Shown here one piece after another: positions 1-11,355 of a stretch of DNA of 64,000 bases. The notes beneath the pieces were generated by a model, which had not been told where the DNA came from, did no database searches, and was given only the letters and a program-made list of their open reading frames with translations. How positions within the stretch are numbered: the first letter of the stretch is position 1; each line of letters starts with the position of its first letter. The DNA comes from Ramazzottius varieornatus (taxonomy: Eukaryota; Animalia; Tardigrada): contig BDGG01000003.1 in the NCBI GenBank assembly GCA_001949185.1, forward strand, positions 4,957,092 through 5,021,091. The letters run 5' to 3'. The translations under genes were made by a program, and so were the position numbers.

Positions 1-1756
1 TGTACCGTAAATGATTAAGGGCGTAATTACCATTGATCCGGCAACTTTTATCTTGTTCCCGGAAGTCTTCAACGTCATACCGGATGTCAATGAAAAGAGC
101 CGTGGCTTGCACGCATTATGCGATCCTTAAATCGATAAGGACTGCTGCGGCTTACCCGACAAGACGCTGGTTTCATAATATGCGACAGCGCCGATTTGCG
201 CTGCCACAGCACGACCTTTTTCCGGAAGGATAACGTCGCTTTCTTTGACGCGCCTAAGAAGAAACAAAAACAAGAGGTAATATCACGATAATTTAAGTGC
301 AATGAAATAATTCTTCCCCGTATTGTAGCCCGTCAAACAAACCAACAACTCGTTTTCTTAAGTGGCGCACGTTATTAGGTGAACTGGCCGTTTAAGCGCG
401 TCACTTGGCAAATCGGTCTCGTCGAGTCTGGGTTCGAAATGGCGCACGTTTTCAGTGAAGTAAAGTTGGCTGAAAGTATGCGTCACTTAGTAAAAAGAAT
501 CTTGTCGGATTTGTTTTCCCAAGTGGCGCGCGACATCAGTGATATTGACTAGAAGCGTGCGTCATTTGGGAAGACAATCTGGTGGAGTATGTTTGCCAAG
601 CTCTCGTCTGCTTTTTTCACTCTGTAATCAGGTGAGAGATACAACGTACTTTCGTTCATCCGGCATAACTTTGATATAAGCCGGGTCTTTGTACAGGTGA
701 CGCATGTCATTGCGGAGACCTATGAGGATAATGGGGGTTTTCGGGCAAAAGCGGCGAATTTCCGGCCACCATCGCTCCACAACGTGGCGCAAGGATGCGG
801 GGCTAATGACTGAGAAGCACAACGCCACCACATCCGACCTAGACAGATTACAAAGCGGTTATACAATGAGAGACAGGTCTCTCTCCGATATCAATCTCCA
901 ATCAAGCCCACTGCGGGGTTCCCCCATAACCAAAGTATACAGTAATTACCCAATACAAATTCGACGCCCGACTGAAAGCCGCCAGTAAACGTTAACCTAC
1001 CTTCCGTAAGCAAATTTCCTGTCTTTATCGTGACACCCAAACGTATCCCACAAGCGTAAGGTCACGTTAACTCCATCCACAATCTCCCATGAGTTTTCCA
1101 ATACCTACAACAAAACGTTGTCAACCTTCGGGAAGAAAAGAGAGAAAACTGCTGTCGTCATATTGTTAGCCTCGAGAGTCCACTATTTATCGATAAAATG
1201 GGTAACGGTGTATGGATGGTTTATTACTCCACGCCATCGCTCTCTTTCAACCGCTGACGCAAGCGAAGACTATCTATGCCATAATTTGCGGGCTGTATCA
1301 GAGAGATTACCTCTTGATGTTGATGGTATTGATCAATCGCCCAGACCGTCGGGACATGTGTTCCACACAACTCCTTCAAACAGAACTTCGCGTTCCGGGC
1401 TCTGGCGCAAATAAGCCGCGTCTTGCCGACACCGCTATCTCCCACCACGACACACTTGAAGAAAAACAAGACATAAATGAAGCAGAAAACTCAGTGGAGT
1501 AATCAAAAGAATGTGGGAACTCGTCAAACAGACTCGACCAGATCGGTTCCCTAGCGGCGCACGTTATTAGTGTACAGGCAGTAAGAGTGCGCTACTCAGG
1601 AAAATGATCTCGTCAAGCTCGATTGTTTTCCCAAATAGCGCACATTATCGGTGTTATTGGCTGAAAGCGTGCGCCACTTGGGAAATTACAGTCTCACAAA
1701 CATACCTTGACTCTTTCCTGCCGTGGGCGATCATGGTCTATGTGTAGCGTTCCCAT
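1..1756 (-). CDS. RhoBTB: Rho-related BTB domain protein, 5' part (continues beyond window start)
   Basis: Spliced exons 1706-1756, 1311-1454, about 1001-1104, 646-838 and 157-254 give [36 protein letters not shown]...[11 protein letters not shown]...[29 protein letters not shown]...[15 protein letters not shown] and LWDTFG are RhoBTB-specific motifs. Confidence 0.93.
334..603. repeat. Palindromic MITE-like element, three-unit array
   Basis: Units near 361, 440 and 522 in a RhoBTB intron; ends GTTTGCCAAGCTC. Confidence 0.8.
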
Positions 1757-2859
1757 CTTTGCTCATCCTCCGCTGGAAAGGGAACTAGCCAACGGTCTGG
1801 GGATGGAATGACACTGAAGATTGAGAAGGTAACTTGGCGCGACTCGTGAAGAGAGTTGGCACTCGAGATGCTGACATGGCTATCAGCCGCAGTATCACCT
1901 TCAAGCAGCTGCGCACTCGTAAAGCAATAGCCAAGTGGATTACGTGAGGATAAACACTTCAAATTGGAAGTCCCACGCGTACACTAAGGTGTGATAGGTC
2001 TTTTCGGGTCTTTCAAGTTAAGAGCACGTACCTTATGAGCGCGTCGGACGTCCGACGCATGGGTAATGCAAACGTAAGACGGAGTCTTTGGATGCGCGTC
2101 CCTTTGGTCCGTGGGATACTTGGCGAACTGGCGGAGAACTGCTACGAGAATCGCCAAAATACTGATATGGCTGTCGAGAACAAAGACCGCGAGAGAGCAC
2201 GAGAGAAAAAACAAGCTGGTACTCCCAGCTTTTCCGTGAGCGGAAGCTGTGAATTCGAAGACATCAGACCAGCGTTGAACGGGTGATCTATACGCGTCGC
2301 AGCCTTACAATCGAGAATTCGAGATTCCAGCTGTCCCATACGGCCGGCCAAGGTGCCAGTTGCAACACGCAATTTGTCACCGTTGCGCGGATTCCACCGT
2401 TTCTCAACAGAAGAGGTAGTATTCAAACATCAAAAAATCAGTTTTCAGAGATTAAGATGGTACTGATTGACTGATTGCCCGTACTGAGTTGGGCTGTACT
2501 CGATGTTTGATGAACCGCTCTGAGATTCGGTGATTCGCCGCGTAAATCACCCATCAATCGAAGAGGTGAAATCAGCTGATCGTAGTGATCGATACTGTAA
2601 TCGATTAGAGACCTGGGCAGCAGATAATCGATAAAACCGTCGCTTAGGGCAATATTTCGCAACTCCACCAATCAATCGAATAGAAGTGGAATCCGTGTTT
2701 ACTGGACCTTGGAAGTCCACTCTGAAACTGTGAGATAGCCCTCGGCTGTGGTGGGCCATGCGTGGCACAGATAATATTACGATTACAGTGATAAATTTGC
2801 GCAAATTCTTCTCCTCATCCCATTTGTCTGTGCTCTGAAGGTTTCTCTTCACTCGTACT

Positions 2860-4455
2860 ATGTCTTCCGCCAAGAAACTTCTCGGAGATTACAGCAACGA
2901 GCCATCGAGGAGACCGGAGCTCGTCGTAAACTCCAAAGAGCCGTTCAACGCCGAGACTCCTCCGCCGCTCCTCGTGAAGGACTTCAAAACACCTGTGGAT
3001 CTCTTCTACGTCCGAAGCCATGGACCCACTCCCGACCTCGACGTCTCGTCTCACAAGCTTGAAATCGGTGGGGAAATCAAACCCGCGATCGAACTGTCGC
3101 TTTCCGAAGTGCAGACAATCGGGCAACACGTCACCATCGATGCCACACTGACTTGCGCAGGAGTAAGTCGAATTTTCTTCTTACTTTGAATGTGTCTCAG
3201 TCTCTCGAAGTTTGCTTTCTTAGAATCGTCGGAACGAGCTGAACGCCATCAAAAAAGTCAAAGGAGTTGGTTGGGAGATTTCGGCGATTGGGAATGCAAC
3301 ATGGACAGGAGTGCGTCTACGCGATGTGCTGTTGCATGCCAAAGCAAACATCGACAGTCCCCACCTGCATGTCGAATTTATCGGAGAGGAAGACTGCGAA
3401 GAGAAAACAAAATACGGATCCTCCATTCCCATGACAAAAGCTGCGGACCCCAAAGGTGACGTTTTGCTCGCGTGGATGATGAACGGAAAACCCTTGACAA
3501 GAGACCATGGCTATCCTTTGCGAATCGTCGTTCCGGGGTAAAAAATTGTTCAAAATTTAGAAGTGGCGCTGGACGTCACGACAGTACTATACGCGATACT
3601 GCTGAACTGTATGGGGTAGTGACATCATGCGCGAGTTTATACGGGAGTTGCAGTTTGTCTACTTTTTTGTTTGTTTCCATTCTGATGGTTATTCAACCCA
3701 GGTTTCTGATGGTTTCCAGGTACATTGGAGCTCGAAGCGTAAAATGGTTGCGTAAGGTCAACGTCATTCCGCAAGAATCGCAGTTCGTCTACCAGCAAAG
3801 AGACTACAAGCTGTTTCTTCCCCATGTCAACTGGGACACTGTGGACGCACTCTGGGACAGCGCCTTCTCGCTCTCCGAGCTCTCCGTCCAGTCGGCCATC
3901 TGTGAACCCGAAAAGGACCAGGTCATCGCCAAGAACTCTCCGTACACCATCCGAGGCTATGCGGTGTCGAATGGACGCCGTATCACTCGCGTTGACGTCT
4001 CGGTACGTAAACATAGATTGAAAGGAATTCGACCAGATCGTTTTCCCAATTGGGGCACAACTTCGGCCTTTATTATGGGAAAGTGCGCCACCTTAAAAAA
4101 CCAAACAAAATTGTTTTCGCTAGTAACGCACACTCACAGTGATATTGGCTGGCAAATTAAAAAAATAAAATTCTGGCGGCGTTTATGGGATGCTCTTTAG
4201 TTGAACAATGGCGCGGACTGGGAGACTGCGGACCTCGTCCAGCAGGATAAGCGTGAAGAGAAAGGCTTCGATAACCGGTACTGGAGTTGGACACTGTGGC
4301 AGTTCAAAGTCGGGAAGTTTCCCTCGCCCTGCACGATCTGCTGCAGAGCATGGGATAGCTCGGCCAACACGCAGCCCGAACAAGCCAGGAACATCTGGAA
4401 TCTCCGCGGGGTGATGAACAACGCTTGGCATCGTGTGGAGGTCCGCGACCACTGA
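2860..4455 (+). CDS. Sulfite oxidase (Moco and dimerisation domains; no cytochrome b5 domain seen)
   Basis: Exons 2860-3162, 3224-3537, 3720-4002 and 4201-4455 are phase-consistent with GT-AG introns. Motifs: PFNAETP, Mo-ligand [43 protein letters not shown]. Confidence 0.93.
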
Positions 4456-5140
4456 GGTGAGCCACCAAACGATGATAGCCTTCAAATCGTCTTCAGCCAT
4501 GAGCGGAACTTCTTCGCATGATATTTTATTTCTCTTCCCGGTTCAGGGACCTTTATTTAACCCTTCAGACCATGTTTTGCTCACTAACTTCCGCTTTCGG
4601 CAGCTCTTCACACAGGGTCATGCATCCGCCATGTAGTGTAACTTAGTACAATACGAACCTATTATCCTGCTCCAAGGCCCAGGCCGCATCTGATTTAAAA
4701 TGTAAAAGAAATACTAATAGCTGGGAAGCTGGCAAACGAGATGTGGGTATCTCCATACGAGAATGTGTCCAAAGCATGTCTGACCAAATTGTTCAGGAGC
4801 GCAGTTTAAAGTTTTCGGACCCCAAGGGCAAACTTAAACGGAACTTGTACGAACATCAAACAGAGTCTAAGGAACACGAATCTGAAGTCCGAATTGACTT
4901 TCGACCACTGGTCAATAAGTTACGAATATTTTACTGGAGGGTGACTAGTACCAGTAACAACGCAAGCTTAAATTGACAAACAGAAAATATTCGACCGCGA
5001 AGAAATGCGCAGATGCTGGAAAGCTTATCGAGAAAAGGTGGAGAAGATCCCGAGAATAAAAAATGCGAAAGAAAGGAACTGATGGTGATGGTTGAGAAGG
5101 AAGTAACAAAGCGTCCGGCTTTTATGTATAGAAAAAGAGA

Positions 5141-5814
5141 TTAGACAGCGTCATCGTCGAACTTTCGGCTTGCTTTGATGGTGGCCAAGAGATCTTGGTA
5201 GGCCTTGCGCTCTCGTGCAACTTTTCGGTGCAGACGGCGGGTGGCGAAGAGGAAGAAGGAGGTGGCGATGATGAGGCCAACCATCATTCCGCCCAGCGCG
5301 ATGTACAGTATTCGGATATCGTCGTCCAGGTCTTCGATGGCCTTGTTCAGGGGAACCTTTTCCATGTGGCATTTGTTCTGAAGATCCTCGTAGAGCTCCA
5401 TCGTGACATCAACGAAACGCTAGGACAGGAGGTCTTCGCCCATGTTATGGTCGCGGTAGTATTGCTGGAAGAGCTGCAAAAAGTGTGGGCTTTTAGACAA
5501 AAATAATTAAGATGGGCGTATATCGTGGGAAACATGGTCAGCATAAATCGGTAAAATGGTAGTATTTCGTCAGTGCACTAATCTGAACAATTTAAAGACG
5601 TAGTTGAAAGGAGGAAAATATTTAGGAACACTAAATCGAGATAATTTATTAGAGGTAAACTTACTTGAAAGACTTGCTTGCCGAATGGAGCTATTTCCGT
5701 GAGGATGGCTGGTGCCAGTCCTTCGGCCGCAATCAACAATTTGTCCATCATGAGCGCATTCGTGGAGAATGACCCAAAGGCGAGCAAAAGGATGAACAGC
5801 GGGATGAAAACCAT
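5141..5814 (-). CDS. Small single-pass membrane protein with signal peptide, unknown family
   Basis: Exons 5665-5814 (MVFIPLFILLLAFGSFSTNA signal-like) and 5141-5419 join in phase 0. TM segment ILYIALGGMMVGLIIATSFFLFA is followed by basic RRLHRK. Confidence 0.6.
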
Positions 5815-6398
5815 TTTGAAGGTCTTTGTTGCGGAAAAGGAGGATAAAATGGGATGATGTGGACTGGAGGAGAATGCGAGCAGTAAGCAAGGCAAAAGCA
5901 AAAGTGATCTGGGCTCGAAATAAAGCTCAAGGTGAAGGAGGCTATGCACAAGTGACCAGTGGTGGGCTGAGCCTGTATAGGTGCACTTTATCTTGTCTTA
6001 CTGCCAGATAACAGGGAAACGCAATACGAAATGTCCACGCAGCATTGGACACAGAACCAAGCGAACAAGTGGCATTGTCTTCCAGTGGACATGCGTATCA
6101 AAGAATGTTACGTGATAACGCTGATCATGATTTATCTAGGCCTCACCGGAGTGTCGGCTAGCGCTGCATTAACAGTCCTGAGGACAAATACAGCTGTAGG
6201 GATGGTCGTAAGCACTATTGTTTTATAGGCAGGTTGTCAATGTTTATGTAGCAGAGGAATTTATGATAAGAATTCGCGGACAGTGTCCAGCTTTCCGAAG
6301 ACTTAAACATTCCAATAAAGCGAATCGATTTCAGATTTCGATTTGTCTTGATAGCGGTTGGTGCGAACCATGAACTGTAACCTTTGTTCCGCGCAATA

Positions 6399-9228
6399 AT
6401 GGCCAATGTCAAAGGTCCAGCATGGAACTATTTGGAATCGTTAAATGTTTCAAGGGGGAACGAGGAAGTGAAGTGCAGGTTTTGTGGGAAACTGTACAAA
6501 TCGGCCAAGGAAGGCCGTCTGGTGGACCATTTGTTGAAACAATGCCCCGCAGTCAGTAATGAGGCAAAGACCGCGGCAGGCCATCCAGACACTACAGCTA
6601 CATTACCACAGCTTGTTGCGCAGGTTGAAGGGGATCAAGACGGAGACGATTCTTCCGACGACGAAAGCGAGGTTAACCTTCGGCGACGATATCGAAGGTT
6701 AGCCGACGTAGACATTGTGCTAGGAATTATGATTTGCACTAATTTAATGCAACCGCGCCGGCGAAAGCAGCCCCGAGTACTGCATCGTTCTCATCTGAGG
6801 TAAATACCGCACTTCCAAACACGATCACGTTTCCCTTTGCCACGTATAATAACCGAAATGAAATTTGTGCTCGCGTTTGACCAAACATTTGCTTTGTGGT
6901 AATGCTCGCTGTTGACTGACTACTCATTTGGAACAAATGTTCATCGTGTAGTAAGATAACCATCAGATGGGCGTGAAACCGAGTTTGACAGATTATCCTA
7001 TAAAATATTTTTATGTCATCAGGAAAAATCACACGGGAAGCCGTGGATTGAAGCAATCGAGCAGAGTCGCTACACGGACTTCGTCTGTAAACACCACGCG
7101 TGTACGAAACAGTTCCATGCAATCCTGACGCAGGAACAACTCATGGGTAGACGGAAGTCTATTCGCTCACTTGGTTATCACGCCCGATCGGTGTTCCTTG
7201 TCTCCTAAGTCATGACAGCTTTCTCACTGGACAGACAGCGGAACGCCACATTCCTTTTTTCCTCCGATCGACAAATTTGCCGTGAAGCTTTCGTCTACGC
7301 AAACGACATCACGAAATCTCGTCTTTACAGAGCTCGGAAACTTGTGAGCAACGGGTCCTTCGGAAATCGTCAGCATGGTCTAGCAGGAGCCAAGGGAACT
7401 TCCGCGTTGAAGAAACCTCAGATCGAAGGAGTACTGAGGTTCTTGGTGGAATACGGTTCACTTCATGGACTGCCTGTGCCTGCCTGTGCCAATTGTTCAC
7501 TGACTAAATTCGGGCAGTAATACAAGAAGCTGCCGCAGTGACGTCACTAAATATCATCGGTCCTTACTGTGAACATTGAGTTCTGTCGGCTAATCAGTTG
7601 GTCCGCAGTGCCCTGTGTACGCGTGACGCGTCGATAGCCCCAGTGACGTCACTGCGGCAATCCATCCCTACTACATTGACGTCTCGTGTCAAAATGCTTT
7701 TTATTGAAGAGCTGATGGGCCTGCTCTTCGACATGTTTAACTGTCTTCGTTTCAGGAAAGAATGGTCGGTCCCGGGCAAGCCGTGAAGCAGCAGAATTTT
7801 TATGATATTTGGGACAAGTATGCGCGTCACATAAAGATCCGCAGGGCTCACACGGACATGTGCAACGTTTGCGATAAGTTGATCAGCAGAATTTATCACG
7901 GACCTCGAGACGACACAGGGAAGCAGGCCGCAAAGGCCCAGTGGGAAGCTCATCTCGAGCACGCAGCTCAGCAGAGAGCCCAGTACAGGGAGAAAGTGCT
8001 GATGAATAAACTGCAGTATAAAAACCTGGATCCTGAAACGAAGAAGTTTTCAACAATTGACGGCCGTAAGTAACAAACGGAAATACAGAAGCTCGAAAAC
8101 AACAACTGTACCCGTATCTACATAATTGATCTATGGTTATAGGTACTGCAGTCTGTGTCGTTTCTTTCGACTTTACCCAAAGCGTGGGTCTCCCTCACCC
8201 CACCGACCAGGCAGGCGCCATATACTTCAAGGTGAGTTCCTTTTCTGCAGACCTCCACCACGTTTGTAAGCATATCCGTTCACACAATTAATCACGTAGA
8301 ACCTCAATTCTTATCAATTATTATAGTCGCCACTGGGTGTTCACATTTTTGGCCTTGTCGACGAGTCAAACTCCCGGGTGTATTACTTCTTCATGAATGA
8401 GTCAAACTGCATCGGCCTAGACGGCAAGGACTCACATGGCCCAAACTCCGTGCTGTCCATGCTGGATTTCTTCCTCAAACAGTCCGACAACGGTGAGCGC
8501 AGTCTCTGCATCTATGCAGACAACTGTACCGGCCAAAACAAGAATCGGTTTACGATGGGCTACCTTGCCCACTTGATCAAGACAGGCCGCTACGATACCA
8601 TAGAGATCCATTTTCTTCCTCCCGGACACACGAAATTCTCACCGGACGCGTTTTTTGGCCTACTGAAACGTATCTTCCGCCGTTTCTCCATCGACCTTCC
8701 GCACGAGATGAAAACGGAGATTGCCACTAAGGTAGCTTCTTCCCACACCTTTGACAAGGACGACGAGCCAGAATGGATTTGGAAAGACATAAAGACCTTC
8801 GCCGAGGATCGGTATGAGTCCGTTCCTGGCATTAACGGTTCGTACCACTTCAAGCTTCATCGTGACGAGGAGCGCGGTGTCATTCTTCGACACTGTGCCA
8901 AGGAAGGAGGACCAACAACCGAAGTGCTGATGGAGGCGGCACAGAACAAGACGTCCATCGTGCGGACCCGCAAACTCTCGTCAAAGTTCTTGAGACCGGT
9001 GGGTTCTCCGCAACGAGAGTCAAAGAACTGCTGAAACAGGTACTGGAACATGTCACTTACAACAAACAAGACGAGTGGAAGAAGTTTATTACCACAAACG
9101 CCCCTGCGCCACCTGCAGTTTCTGTTCCAAAGCGGAGGACTGCTCCGGCTCCTCCAAACCCGCCTACGCCCAGTCCTTCGTTACAGCCTTCTGTTCCTGC
9201 ACCACCCAAGCGTCAAAGAAAAAAGTGA
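6399..9228 (+). mobile_element. Disabled Sola-like (DDD) DNA transposase with N-terminal BED-type zinc finger
   Basis: AWNY...CRFCGK...DHLLKQC zinc finger; TDMCNVC; VSFDFTQSVGLP; ADNCTGQNKN; GHTKFSPDAFFG. In-frame TAA at 7206-7208 and a frameshift near 8940 before a Pro-rich tail ending PKRQRKK* (TGA 9226-9228). Element TIRs not found. Confidence 0.75.
7531..7659. repeat. 129-bp segment bounded by a perfect 18-bp inverted repeat (MITE-like), inside the transposase
   Basis: TGCCGCAGTGACGTCACT (7531-7548) is the exact reverse complement of AGTGACGTCACTGCGGCA (7642-7659). Confidence 0.65.
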
Positions 9229-9643
9229 CTCCGATTTTTCTGCATTCTCCCGCTTCAGTTACTTCTTGCAATTAAATCGTTTTACTGCACCGCATTTCTA
9301 CTTAAAAATGGGTAGTTTAACATTTGCGTAAGTTCCATTCTTCCATAGAATATCGCGCGTTTATCCCCAATAGAATCTTCCAACCTCGCTGAATAACCTG
9401 CCACCTTAAATATTCCCATTCACCTCCTTACGTTTTATCTTCGTTGAATTCAAGAACAATGCTACCGCGAGTTATGCGCAGCAGTTCCCTACCGAATTTA
9501 GTGCCATGCTTCCCATCCAATTTTGCACTAAATTTCATGTGGAAGCGGCATCGGCTTCCCACGGGCAAAAAACAGTGCATACGCCCTTCCTTTCGGGGTG
9601 AATTTCAGCGTAAATTTTCAGCCACCCGTTGTGTGTTCATTAC

Positions 9644-9673
9644 CGCACCAAAGTGCACCAAAGTGCACCAAAT
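9644..9673. repeat. 10-bp tandem repeat x3
   Basis: GCACCAAAGT GCACCAAAGT GCACCAAATT. Confidence 0.8.
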
Positions 9674-11355
9674 TGAACCTTTGATACAGTTCGATATTTC
9701 GAACAACTTCATGTCATAAAAGATCGATTCCCAGCCAAAATACTTTGGACGCATTCTCGCATGGAGATACCCATGTACGAGATCGAGTTCTCAAGTGGCG
9801 CACGCTTCTAGCCAATAGTAGCGACAACGTGCGCCGCTTGGGACAGTCATGTACGTTTCGTTCAATTTGCTTCCAAAATATTCACATGTTCCGGAACCGT
9901 CGAAGCGAAACATTAGCCAGATGAGCTGGCGAACGACGGCTGGAAATTTCCTCGGGAACAGGAAATTCCAGCCTGTGATGAAGTCGCGGTTGTTTGCTGA
10001 GCTTTCATGAAGGACTTCATCGGCTGGGTTATACTGTAGGTTGACGAGTGAACCGACGACGCACATCCTGATCTTGAAGCAAAGACAAATTAGCCACGCT
10101 TCATCGAGCGCAAGCGCGCGCCGGCATTACTCTCTTCTGTCAATGGGAGACGATTATTTTTGGGCGACAAGGTGAAAATAGCCTTTTAGGAATGAGATCT
10201 TTTGGACTTTGGGAGACAAAAAAAGGTCACCGCCCTAGCCGGGAGACGCGACTTAGAGTGGCGGGCTCGCGATTGGTCGAGTGTGAAAGTGTCTGTTTGG
10301 CTAATTGGCATCACACAGTATATCTTTCCGTAATCGAGTTTATGAATACCTGTCTCGTGCGTGGACGATCGGCTGAAGTGCAATCCATGAAAGGTTTAAA
10401 GGCTACTATGTCCAACCAGACACATTACGAGCACATATACTTGTATCGAACTGACACTGAAATAAAAACCACCCATCGATTGGAGCATTGTTCAGGTTCT
10501 TGCTTTTACTGCACCGCTACTGGTTCCATCCCCGCGCTTTAGGTTGAATCTGCCTCGTGCGGCTTCCCCACTAGTCAGGGTCGCACATCATGGAAGGCCT
10601 ATCAAAGCTACTTTGGTCTTTGCTCATTTCACCGTCGCGCATTTTTGAAAAGATGGAAGCGTGTAGGTAAAGCTGTTGATAACCTTCTGTCGGTGCTTCG
10701 AACCCTGCGTCACTTGACTTGGGTTCTTCAACTGGAAGCCCTGTGCGTGCTGTTACAGGATGATCTCTTCTCTTGGAAGTTGTTTGGACAGCCCGTCTTG
10801 TTTTTACTTCTGGCAGTTATCCTTTGTCAGTTTGATGCTCGTTTACCCATCCGTTAGTATTGTAGCAATAATACTTCCTCCTGGGAAAGTGGAAGTGTCA
10901 TTAGCAGATGATGTTGAGCAGCACGCCCCTTACTTCACACTTTTCACTCATCAGCTAAATCGCTAAGTGCGTAATAGAATTCTGTCCCTGGTGATGCCCA
11001 TGGATAATGAGACCACACCTGCAATTACGTTAAGTTTGGCGGGTGCTTGTGCAGTTTGTTTTTTGTCATATGGCGGATCAGTAGGACATCACTCCGAGGC
11101 CATTTGTGAGATGGACCGCCGCCGGTATCCGCAAGTAATTTTAAATGTTGTATAATCTATGGCTAATGTGCAAATGGACCTATATGACGAGAATGCTACT
11201 CCCTCTTCTGCACCTTTGCCACTTGCCTTTTTTCATCGTTCGAAAACGTGTATGTGCTCGGCGAGGTCTTGGCTTCAAGTCTTCGCCACCGTTTAGCTTC
11301 AGCTGGCTCGAATACATGCTGCGTCTCTCCTTGCTGTACCGTCGGACTCTTGACG

